A stretch of DNA of 64,000 nucleotides from NCBI GenBank assembly GCA_965240325.2, contig OZ251225.1, positions 1,798,001 to 1,862,000 on the forward strand, given 5' to 3'. The position numbers were made by a program, and so were the translations under genes. Every line of letters starts with the position of its first letter. Within the stretch, counting starts at the first letter, position 1. The notes beneath the pieces were generated by a model, which was not told the DNA's origin, ran no database searches, and saw nothing but the letters and a program-made list of their open reading frames with translations. The DNA comes from Rebecca billardiae RCC1528. Taxonomy: Eukaryota > Protista > Haptophyta. Shown piece after piece: positions 10,401 through 22,400 of the stretch.

Positions 10401-13400
10401 CACACGCAGCCGCCTTCGACGCACTGGCCGTTGCCCGAGCAGCCCTCGCGCTCGGGCTCGGTGCAGTTGCCCGCGCCGGCGACCACCGTCTGCGGGTGCA
10501 GCGGGATCTCGATGGTGATCTTGCCGTTCACATTCCGCACGGCATACTCGGCGCCGCTCGCGTCGGCCAGCCAGAACGAAATCGGCGTCGTCACGAGCGT
10601 GGGCTCAGCCGTGTCGAAGCCCGAGTACACGTTGCGCTTCCACTCGACAAAGTTGACGGCGACGGAGGTGTCGCCGCCGACGGCGAGCGCGTTGAGGAGG
10701 GAGACGCCATCCGGCAAAGTCACCTTCGCCGCGCCCTCCGGCGCGTCGAGCGACGCGCCCGACAGCCCCGACGCGAGCACACGCGCCGTCGAGACCGCGA
10801 GCGACGGGTAGGACAGCACGGTCACTGGCTCGTCAGCGATCGAGTTGCCGAGCAGCACCGGCATGAAGGAGTTGAGCACAAAGTCGACGAGCCCGGCGCT
10901 CGTCAGGCGCCAGCCCTCGTTCAAGTCGGAGGCGTTGAACGGCTGCACGCCCGGGTCGGTGTAGTTGACAATCGCCGCGTTCGCCGCCTGCTGCGCGGCG
11001 AGCGCGGCGTCCATGGCGGTGAAGAGATGGTCGACAGCAGTGAGCATCAGCACGCGAGCGTCATCCTCGAGCACGTCCGATGCCGAGTCGGCAGAGAGCT
11101 TGAGGACGGCGATCGCAATCAGCTGCGAGGGCACGAGCACGGCGGAAGGATCCAGCTCGAGCACGGCGGAGAGCGACTGCATCACCATTGCCACGCTCGA
11201 GTCTGTCTGCAGCACGTTCAGCTGCGAGCTGCGCACGAGCTCGATCAGGCGGGTCGCGCGCACCTCGGCGAATGTCCCGTTGGTGCCGTTCACGCTGTCC
11301 GCCGCGTCCACCTGCAGCTGGCGCGTGCGCCTGCGGTCTTGCGACGAGGCGGCGAGGGCAGAGATGAGCGATAGCGCCTCGTCGGAGCGGCCCTCTGCCA
11401 CGGTGTTGCCGATCAGCTCGAGCACGGTGTTTGTCTTGGCCTCGTCGATCACGACCGCGTTGGCGGTCACGACCACTTCGGCCGATGCCCGGCCCTGGTA
11501 GTAGTCGTAAACGTGTACCGTGATGGCGTGCGTGCCCTCCTCAAGGTACACGCTGGTGAACTTGCCCAGCTTCTGCTCGGTGAGCACGCTCGCCCCGTTG
11601 CTGAAGCGGTACGTGAGGGGCAGGTCGTCCGGGTCGTCGTCTGTCCACCCGTTGGCCTCGAGCTCAAAGCGCGTCGTGAGCGCATCGCCAGTCTCGGGCA
11701 CGGACTCGAGCGCGCCGCCAAAGGGCGCGCGGTTCACCACGATGCTGATATCCGCAACGGACGACGCCCCGTTGGTGGTGTCAGTGGCCTGCAGCATGAA
11801 GGCGTACGTGGCTCCGGCGATGAGCTGGTTGCTGCGCACGACGAGGTTGGCCGCGGTCGCGCCGGTCGTCGTGACGAGGCTGCTGAAGAGGTCGAGGGCG
11901 GGGCCATCCGCTGTCCACAGGTAGGTGAACGCACCGGCGTTGCCGTCCACTTCTGTTGCAGAGCCGAAGAGCTGCAGCCGGTCGTTCGAGTTGATCTTGT
12001 GTTTGTCGCCCAGCGAGGAGATGATGTCCACCACGGGCACTGGGTCGGATACTACGGTGAGTATCACGTCGGTCGACGCCGAGCGCGCGCCCTTGCTCGC
12101 AGTGACCGTGAGGACATACGAGGTGTCGGCGGCAAACGCGCCCCCAGGGAACGAGATGACGCGCCCGTCCGTGCTGTAGTACGACTCGAGGATGGCGATC
12201 TCAGGCACCGAAGTGAGGACAAATGTCAACGGCGCCGTCGCGTCGTCGGGGTCGTTCGGATCGTAGGACGCAGACGCGTCGATCACGAGGGGCGACTCGG
12301 CCGAGAGGGTGCGCGCAGTGATCGACGTGCGCACGACAAGCGTCTCGTCGATCACCTGCAAGGTCACCTCCTCAGAAGAGTAGGCAGTCGGCTCGCTGGT
12401 CATGGACGCGTTGAGGCGCATGGTGTACGTGCAGCCCGGCTTGAGCATGAGGCCCGGGATGAGCAGCTGGTTGGTGGTGGCAGCGTCGAGCACCGTCATG
12501 AGCTCGGTGGGCACCTGGTCAAGTGCGTCGACGCCTGTGTCGGTGAAGAACGAGTCGGCGAGGCTCCAGCTGAACAGGATGCCGTTGACGCCACTGAAGC
12601 ACGACGCCGTTGTAGCCGTGCCGGTGATCACGCGGTCAGCGGACGGCTTGATGCTCAGCACGGCAGGCGCCTCCATCCGGAGGGAGGGCGAGGGTGTGGG
12701 CTGCCGCACAACCTTCCAGCGCGCGAGCTGTGACTCGCGCCCGAGGAACGACTTGACCTTCACCTGAAACGTCCATTTGTCCCCGCGGATATCCGAGAGC
12801 TCGAGGACCTTGCTCGCCGCGCCGTCGAGCGTGCGAAGCTGCACGTTGAGCTCGGCGGCAAAGTCGGAGACGGACGGGTCGACGCGCCACTGGTACGTGA
12901 GCGGCTTGATGCCGCCGTTTGACGCCTGCGTGCCGTCGATCTGAAGCACGTCGTTGGGGCAGGCTGACACCTGCGTCATGCCAGAGAGCGAGAGCGTGGG
13001 CTGGAGGCAGTCCACGTCCGTGCCGCACGGGAAGTCGGCATCGATCGTGTAGGACGAGTCAGCATACTTGGGCGTGTCTCCGGCGGGCGTGGCCAGCGGC
13101 GCGATGACGCCTGCGCGGGTGCGCACGGCCATGCCCGGGGCAGCCGACGTCTTGATGGTGAGGTAGGCCACCAGCCGGATGTCGCTCGTCCAGTAGCACT
13201 GCGGCGCCGTCGTCGCTGTACCTCGGATGGTCGCGACTGTTGCGTCGTCCAGCACCGTCGCGCAGCTCCCGACGCTCGTCATCCCGCCGCGGTTGGTTGG
13301 CTGCAAGTCGAAGAGCACGACGATCGTGTTGCCGTTGGGCGCGAATGTGGCGCTCTCAATCACCGGCGCGTGCAGCCCGACGTATTCGATCGAGACGCCC

Positions 13401-16400
13401 TCCGGCTGCGTCCACTGCTGCCCGTTGAGCGAGACAGTGATGCTGCTCGCGCCCTCGCTCCCGTACGGCGTCGTGACGCTGACGGATGCGTCGTCAAAGG
13501 ACGTCGGCGCGCTCGCCACGACCGTACCGAAGCGCACGCGCAGGTAGCTGGCGAAGGCAGCGTCGACGCTGCTCAGCCCGACAAAGCCAGTGCCACTCAG
13601 CGTGATGTCCTCGCCGCCGTCGGCGGACGCCGTCGGCTGCGAGACAGCCGTGAGGGACGGGTTGGCGTAGTAGACAAACTGCGCGCCCGACGAGGTGATG
13701 GAGCCGTCCGCGCCCGCGTTGAGCGTCACCTCGACGGTCACGTTGCTCGCGCCGCTCGCCGCCGGCAGTGCATCGCACAGGACGCGGGTCGGGTTGCTGA
13801 GCAGCGTGGCGGCGACGGGTGCAGATGGGATGCCGTCATCGCCGATCAGCACGCAGCCGAGCTGATCGTCGCCGTCGGTGCCGTAGTCGGCAAAGCCGGT
13901 GCCAGACAGCGTGATGCGCGTGCCGCCGTCGACAGGGCCGCCCGGCGGCTGGACAGACGTCACACTGACGGCGTCGATGTCGTAGAGCTCAAACTGGACG
14001 GGGTCGAACGAGAACGGGTCCACGTGGAAGCCGCCGTTGAGCGAGAGCGAGACTGTGTACACGCCGCTTGTCGTGTCCGTCGGCGCGCTGCACACGACCG
14101 CGTCCGAGGCGGCGACGCGCGCGCCGACGCTCACCGAGCGCCCGCTGCGCGTGTAGATGCACACGGCAACATCCTCGCCGGCGCGCAGGTCGACGAAGCC
14201 GAGGCCGCTCAGCGTGAGCGCGCTGGTCGACCCCAGCGCGCCACCTGCCGGCGAGCCAGACTCGACGAGCGCGTTGTACATGATGAAGGTGGGCGCGTCC
14301 GAGGAGAAGGTGAAGCCATCCAGGGAGACGTCGACGGCGAGCGTGAGCTGGGTGTTGACGCCGACTGGTGAGATGTACGGCAGCGTCGTGCGCAGGTCGG
14401 AGAGACCGCGGTCCGGCAGCGAGCCAGCGACATCGCTCGTCGCGCCTGACGGCAGCGTTACGCGCGCGGTCAGGCGCAGGAGGTCCTTGTAGTCGTTCAG
14501 CACCGCATCGCCCGTCTCCCAGCCGGAGATGGTCACCTGGTTGAGGTCGAGGCCCTGCGGCGTGCCGGCGGGCGTGATGCGCAGCGCGCGGATGTCGACA
14601 ATGTCGTACACCGTGAACAGCTTGCTCACCGACACCGGGTCGCACACGCCGTCGGCCGCCTCCGCCTCGTCACATCCGTCGGCAACAATGTCGAGCGTCA
14701 GCCTGTCGGTCTTCCGGGTAGCGGACGGCGCGCGGCACACGATCGTGGTCGACGTGATCGCGCTCACCGGCGTCGTGAGCACCTGCCCCGCCGACGTGCC
14801 GGCGAAGCCGCTGAAGCGGCAGAGGAGTGACGACGTTGACGACGATGCGCTGATGCGCACCGGGTTGGCAAACCACTCGGCGATACGCTCGACGCCCTGC
14901 GCCACGTCCGCCGCGTCGGAAGTAAAGCCGCCGCTCCCCGTGATCGTGATGGGCGTGCCCACGGCAAAGGCCGAGCCAGTCGGCGCAAGCTGCTCGATGG
15001 ACAGCAGCGCGAGCGGGTTGGCCGAGAACGCGACCGAGATGGCCGACGTCTCGAACGATGTCCACGGCAGACCGCTGAACTGGTAGCACAGCGTCGCGCC
15101 GGAGAGCAGCGTGAAGAAGGTGAAGCCGGCGGTTCCGTCTGCGCCGACCGTCTGGACGGCTCCGACCGTGTCGTAGCCAGAGTCAGCCGCCACGTCGCAC
15201 GTCGTCTCGTCCGGGAGGATCCAGATCGCGCGGTCGCCCGCGCCGACGCCGACGCCGGTGAACTGCACCGTGCGGACGCGCGTCGCGATCGCGTCGGAGA
15301 CGACTGCGATGGACGTCTCCGGGCCGGTGATCTCCTGAACGACGAGTGTCAGGTTGGCGTACAGCTTGAAGGGCTCGGCCGCGAACGAGTAGCAGAGGCG
15401 CATGCCCGTGCTGCCCGTGGCGGGGAGGAAGAGGAAGTCCGCGCTGCCCGTCGCGCCGACGGCCTGCCGGCCGCCCGTCTGCTCCTTGTGCGGCACGCAC
15501 CCGGCCTGGTCGCACGTGCAGCTCGTCGCGTCCGGAGCGACCCAGAACGCCTCGTCGCCGCTGGCAACGCCCACGCCCTCAAAGTAGACCGTCTGCGCAA
15601 CGCTGACCACGCCCGCGACGGAGGACTGCGCCGTGGCGAGCTGGCGGCCGCGCCGCACCGCGCTGGGCACGTCGTCGATGGCTGCGAGATCAAACGCGTC
15701 GAGCGTGATGCCCGGGTACTGCTTGTACGCGCGCCCGCGGAAGCTGTAGCACAGCGGCAGCGCGCTCCCCGTCCCCGCGGGCGTGAAGCCCACCGTGCCG
15801 CTCAGGCCGTCGGCCGAAGTCGAGCCCACGGCGAGATCGCCGGTGAGGGACAACCCCGCGCCCGTGCACTCGGTCGAGAAGTAGAGCGCGTCGGCATCGG
15901 TGATGGCGATGCCCGAGAGCGCGATCGACTCGGCCACGTCGACGACGGAGACGGTGCGCGTCGGCCCGGTGACGTCCGCGGCCGTCGCCTGAAACTGCGG
16001 GTAGAGACGCCACTGCTTGTAGCCCGAGCCAAACGCCGACTTGAAGCGGTAGCACAGCTGCAGCAGGCTGCTCCCGGAGAAGAAGTCAAAGTCGGTCAGG
16101 CCAGCCGCGCCGACCGTCTGGTACTGCCCCGTGAACGTTGCGGTGCCTGGCAGCGTGCCGCCGTGCCCCTGGGGGCTCTCATCGCACGTGGTCGCAGAGG
16201 CGTTGATCCACTTCACGCGGTCGCCGGCCTTCACGCCGACGCCGGTGAAGGTGACGGGCTCGGTCACATCGACGACGGCGAACGACGCCGCGGGGCCGAG
16301 CACCTCGTACACGACGACCGTCGCGTCCGCAAAGTGCGTGAACGGCTCCCCGACGAACTGGTAGCACAGCTGCAGCGAGTCAACGCCTGCGGCGACCGTC

Positions 16401-19400
16401 AGCAGCGCGCGGCCGTCTGTCACGTTCACCACGCCGCCGAGCAATGGATCGCCGGCTGAGAGCGCGGCGCAGTCGATCACGTCGGGCGCTGTCGGCGGGT
16501 ACACAAGGAAGAGCCGATCCCCGTCCTGCACGCCGTACCCGCCCACGGCCAACGCCTCTGGCTCGCCGGCCACGAGCTCGAGCGCCTGCGCGTCGAGCGC
16601 ATATGACTCGAGTCGCACGTCCGCGAAGAGCGTATAGTCCTCGCCTTCGAACTTGTAGCACAGCACCGCCGCGCCGGTGGTGGCCGTGTCCTGCGAGAGG
16701 GTGAACGTGGCGCCGCCGTCCGCGCCGACCAGCTGCTCGCCGCCCAGGCTGGCGAGGGCAGCGCCGTCGCACGCGCCGACGGCAGGCTCGACCCACTTGG
16801 CCATGTCGCCTGCGCGGATGCCGACGCCGCCGAACACGAGGGCCTTGGCCGTCGTGACGACGCTGACGGTCAGCGGCGGCGAGCTGATCGCGAGCACGTC
16901 GACAGTGAAGGCGGGGTACCCGACGAAGCCGCCATCGTTGTAGCCGACGAAGCCGTAGCACAGCTCGAGCCCGAGCAGCGCGCTCGAGAAGCTGAACGTG
17001 GCGGAGCGGGCGCCGTCGAGCGTCTGCACACCGCCGTACACATCGGCATAGTCGAGATCGTAGGTGGCCTGCGTGGTGCACGGCTCGCCCGGCGGCACGA
17101 AGTAGATGCGGTCTCCGGCGCCCACGCCGGCGCCGCCGAAGACGAGCGTCAGCGGCGCGTTCACCACCGTCCTGGTGTTGTTTGCCGTCGGGTCAGCCAC
17201 CGACTCGAGCACAGACTCGAGCGAGATCACATCCATCTCCAGGCCGCCGTAGAGGGCCCACGGGCGCGAGCTGCGGTCGCCAAAGCGGAAGCAGAGCTCG
17301 AAGCCCCCGGGCTGCTCGAAGGTGAACGAGCCCGCACTGCCCGCGCCGATCGCCGAGACGGGCGCACCCGGCGCGGCCGCCGCGTGCGCGCACTGCGTGT
17401 TGACGCACGCCATATAGCTCGCGCCGCTGCCCACCGGGCCGCACGCCGCAGCGACCGAGCCGTTCACGACCCACACTGCGCTGTCGGCCACAACCGACAC
17501 GTCCGCGCCGATGCCGATACCGCTGAACGTGACATCCAGCGGCTCGCCGACCACGGCCCGCGCGGCGCTTGCAGCGCTCACGGCGTACGCGTCGAGCTCC
17601 GCGTTGCTCAGCGTGAGCGTGGACGAGCTCCCTGCCGGCTTGTGGCACACCCGAAGCCCGCGCTCGGCGGTGGGCACCGTCACGTTGAGGCTGGCCGAGG
17701 TGACGACGAAGGCCCCACCGTACGCGGCCACCGGCTCGGAGGCGTTGCAGTCGGCGGCGCGCGGCGTGAAGAAGACCACGTCGCCAACGGCAGGAAGGGC
17801 GTCGGTGCCTGCGGCGAGGCCCAGGTCAATCTCCTCCGGCATACCCGCGACGACAACGTAGAACTGCAGCGTGCGCGGTGGCGGGCTTGGCGGTGGCGGA
17901 GGAGCCGGCGAGGGCGGTGGTGGGCGCGGGCTTGGCGGCGGCGAGCTTGGCGGCGGCGGCGAGCTTGGCGGCGGTGGTGACGGCGGCGGCGGGCTCGGCG
18001 GCGGTGGACTGGGCGGCGGCGGCGGACTCGGCGGACTCGGCGGCGGCGGCGAGCTCGGCGGCGGCGGCGATGGGAAGGGCGGCGGGAAGGGCGAGGGCGG
18101 GGGTGGCTGGCTCGGTGGTGGCGGAGGGCTCGGCGGAGGGCTCGGCGGAGGGCTCGGCGGCGGGCCCGGCGGCGGGCTCGGTGGTGGCGATGGCGGCGGA
18201 CTCGGCGGCGGCAAGGGCGGCGGCGGCGGCGGGAGCGGGCTGATGCGCGGCGGCGGAGGTGGTTGAGACGGAGGGCTCGGTGGCGGGCTCGGAGGGGGCG
18301 ATGGCGGCGGAGCCGGCGGGGGCGAAGGGGGCGGGCTCGGCGGCGGTGTCGGAGGTGGCGATGGCGGGGGGCTCGGTGGCGGCAACGGCGGCGGCGATGG
18401 CGGAGGGCTCGGAGGTGGAAGCGGAGGCGGCGAAGGGGGAGGGCTAGGAGGGGGTGGGCTGGGCGGTGGGGACGGCGGGGGCGACGGCGGCGGCGACGGC
18501 GGCGGCGACGGCGGCGGGCTCGGTGGAGGCGAAGGCGGCGGACTGGGCGGCGGCGATGGTGGGGGGCTGGGCGGTGGACTCGGCGGTGGGCTTGGCGGTG
18601 GGCTCGGTGGTGGCGACGGTGGCGGGCTCGGTGGTGGCGACGGAGGCGGGCTGGGTGGCGGGCTTGGCGGCGGTGACGGTGGAGGGCTCGGCGGTGGCGA
18701 CGGCGGTGGGCTCGGCGGCGGGCTCGGCGGTGGGCTCGGCGGTGGCGACGGTGGCGGGCTCGGCGGCGGGCTCGGCGGCGGGGATGGCGGAGGACTCGGA
18801 GGTGGCGACGGTGGAGGCGATGGTGGCGGGCTTGGTGGAGGGCTGGGGGGCGGAGAGGGCGGTGGACTCGGAGGTGGACTCGGCGGCGGGCTCGGCGGCG
18901 GGCTCGGCGGCGGGCTCGGCGGCGGGCTCGGCGGCGGGCTGGGTGGTGGGATCGGTGGGGGTGATGGCGGCGGGCTGGGTGGTGGACTTGGCGGTGGACT
19001 CGGTGGTGGGCTCGGCGGTGGGCTGGGCGGTGGGCTGGGCGGTGGACTGGGCGGCGGGCTCGGCGGCGGCGACGGAGGCGGGCTCGGCGGCGGGCTGGGC
19101 GGCGGCGACGGCGGTGGGCTGGGTGGCGGCGATGGAGGCGGCGATGGAGGCGGACTCGGCGGCGGGCTCGGCGGCGGGGACGGTGGAGGTGACGGTGGTG
19201 GGCTTGGCGGCGGGCTTGGCGGCGGGCTCGGCGGTGGGCTCGGCGGCGGGCTCGGCGGAGGCGAAGGTGGTGGGCTCGGTGGTGGTGACGGAGGCGGACT
19301 TGGCGGTGGGCTCGGCGGTGGCGATGGTGGTGGCGATGGCGGCGGGCTGGGTGGAGGGGACGGCGGCGGTGATGGCGGTGGGCTTGGCGGCGGGCTCGGT

Positions 19401-22400
19401 GGCGGTGAAGGTGGTGGGCTCGGTGGTGGTGACGGAGGCGGGCTCGGCGGCGGGCTCGGCGGTGGCGACGGTGGTGGCGATGGCGGTGGACTCGGCGGCG
19501 GCGATGGAGGCGGACTCGGCGGCGGGCTCGGCGGCGGGGACGGTGGAGGTGACGGTGGCGGGCTTGGCGGCGGGCTTGGCGGCGGGCTCGGCGGTGGGCT
19601 CGGCGGCGGGCTCGGCGGAGGCGAGGGTGGTGGGCTCGGTGGTGGTGACGGAGGCGGGCTTGGCGGTGGACTCGGCGGCGGCGACGGAGGAGGCGAAGGA
19701 GGCGGGCTTGGTGGCGGGCTCGGAGGCGGGCTCGGAGGCGGTGACGGCGGCGGGCTCGGCGGCGGGCTTGGTGGAGGGCTTGGCGGTGGTGACGGCGGCG
19801 GGCTTGGCGGAGGGCTTGGCGGCGGGCTCGGCGGCGGGCTCGGTGGCGGCGACGGCGGCGGACTGGGCGGAGGCGACGGCGGCGGGCTCGGTGGCGGACT
19901 CGGCGGTGGTGACGGTGGCGGGCTCGGCGGCGGGCTGGGCGGCGGGCTGGGCGGAGGCGACGGCGGCGGACTTGGCGGTGGGCTCGGCGGCGGTGACGGT
20001 GGTGGCGATGGTGGCGGGCTCGGTGGCGGGCTGGGCGGTGGCGATGGTGGTGGACTCGGCGGCGGACTTGGAGGCGGTGACGGCGGCGGGCTTGGCGGCG
20101 GGCTCGGCGGCGGGCTCGGTGGCGGGCTTGGCGGGGGGCTCGGCGGTGGCGAGGGAGGCGGGCTTGGCGGTGGGCTTGGAGGTGGGCTCGGTGGTGGTGA
20201 CGGCGGTGGGCTGGGAGGTGGACTCGGCGGCGGGCTCGGTGGCGGGCTCGGCGGTGGCGATGGTGGCGGGCTTGGCGGTGGCGATGGCGGTGGACTCGGT
20301 GGCGGGCTCGGTGGCGGGCTCGGCGGTGGCGACGGTGGTGGACTCGGCGGCGGGCTCGGCGGCGGGCTTGGCGGCGGCGAAGGGGGCGGTGATGGTGGCG
20401 GACTTGGCGGTGGGCTCGGCGGAGGCGATGGTGGCGGGCTAGGCGGTGGTGAGGGTGGTGGACTCGGCGGGGGACTTGGCGGCGGTGACGGCGGCGGGCT
20501 TGGCGGCGGGCTGGGGGGCGGACTTGGCGGGGGACTCGGCGGTGGCGAGGGGGGCGGGCTTGGCGGCGGGCTTGGAGGCGGGCTTGGTGGCGGGCTCGGC
20601 GGTGGCGATGGCGGTGGGCTTGGCGGCGGGCTCGGCGGCGGACTCGGTGGTGGCGACGGTGGCGGGCTGGGTGGTGGCGATGGCGGCGGGCTCGGCGGCG
20701 GGCTCGGCGGCGGCGAAGGTGGCGGTGATGGCGGCGGACTTGGTGGCGGGCTGGGTGGTGGTGATGGTGGCGGACTGGGTGGCGGTGAGGGTGGCGGCGA
20801 GGGTGGCGGCGACGGTGGGGGACTCGGAGGGGGTGAAGGTGGTGGACTCGGAGGCGGACTTGGAGGTGGTGACGGAGGCGGGCTAGGGGGTGGGCTCGGC
20901 GGCGGACTTGGTGGCGGACTTGGCGGCGGCGATGGCGGAGGGCTCGGCGGCGGCGAAGGCGGCGGGGACGGCGGCGGGCTCGGCGGCGGGCTCGGCGGTG
21001 GCGACGGTGGCGGGCTCGGCGGTGGGCTTGGCGGCGGGCTCGGCGGCGGGCTCGGTGGTGGCGACGGCGGCGGGCTCGGCGGCGGCGACGGCGGCGGGCT
21101 CGGTGGTGGGCTTGGCGGCGGGCTCGGCGGCGGGCTCGGCGGTGGCGACGGCGGCGGGCTCGGCGGCGGGCTCGGTGGCGGTGACGGCGGTGGACTCGGC
21201 GGCGGGCTCGGCGGTGGGCTCGGCGGCGGGCTCGGCGGTGGCGACGGCGGCGGGCTCGGCGGCGGGCTTGGTGGCGGCGACGGCGGTGGACTCGGCGGCG
21301 GGCTCGGCGGCGGGCTTGGCGGCGGCGAAGGCGGCGGCGACGGCGGCGGGCTCGGCGGCGGGCTCGGCGGCGGCGACGGCGGCGGGCTCGGCGGTGGCGA
21401 TGGCGGTGGTGACGGCGGCGGGCTCGGCGGCGGGCTCGGCGGCGGGCTCGGTGGTGGGCTTGGCGGCGGGCTTGGCGGCGGGCTCGGCGGTGGCGACGGC
21501 GGCGGGCTCGGCGGCGGGCTTGGTGGCGGTGACGGTGGTGGACTAGGTGGCGGTGACGGTGGCGGGCTTGGTGGTGGGCTCGGCGGCGGGCTCGGCGGCG
21601 GCGACGGCGGCGGGCTCGGCGGTGGCGATGGCGGTGGTGACGGCGGCGGGCTCGGCGGCGGGCTCGGCGGCGGGCTCGGTGGTGGGCTTGGCGGCGGGCT
21701 TGGCGGCGGGCTCGGCGGTGGCGACGGCGGCGGGCTCGGCGGCGGGCTTGGTGGCGGTGACGGTGGTGGACTAGGTGGCGGTGACGGTGGCGGGCTTGGT
21801 GGTGGGCTCGGCGGCGGGCTCGGCGGCGGCGACGGCGGCGGGCTCGGCGGTGGGCTGGGCGGCGGGCTCGGCGGCGGGCTCGGCGGTGGCGACGGCGGCG
21901 GGCTTGGCGGCGGGCTTGGTGGCGGTGACGGCGGTGGACTCGGCGGTGGGCTCGGCGGCGGGCTCGGCGGCGGGCTCGGCGGTGGCGACGGCGGCGGGCT
22001 CGGTGGCGGGCTTGGCGGCGGGCTCGGCGGCGGGCTCGGCGGCGGGCTCGGCGGTGGCGACGGCGGCGGGCTCGGCGGCGGGCTCGGCGGCGGGCTCGGT
22101 GGTGGGCTTGGCGGCGGGCTCGGCGGTGGCGACGGCGGCGGGCTCGGCGGCGGGCTTGGTGGCGGTGACGGTGGTGGACTAGGTGGCGGTGACGGTGGCG
22201 GGCTTGGTGGTGGGCTCGGCGGCGGCGACGGCGGCGGGCTCGGCGGCGGGCTCGGTGGCGGGCTTGGCGGCGGGCTCGGTGGCGGGCTCGGCGGTGGCGA
22301 TGGCGGTGGCGACGGCGGCGGGCTCGGCGGCGGGCTCGGTGGCGGGCTCGGTGGTGGCGATGGTGGTGGACTTGGCGGCGGTGACGGCGGCGGTGACGGC

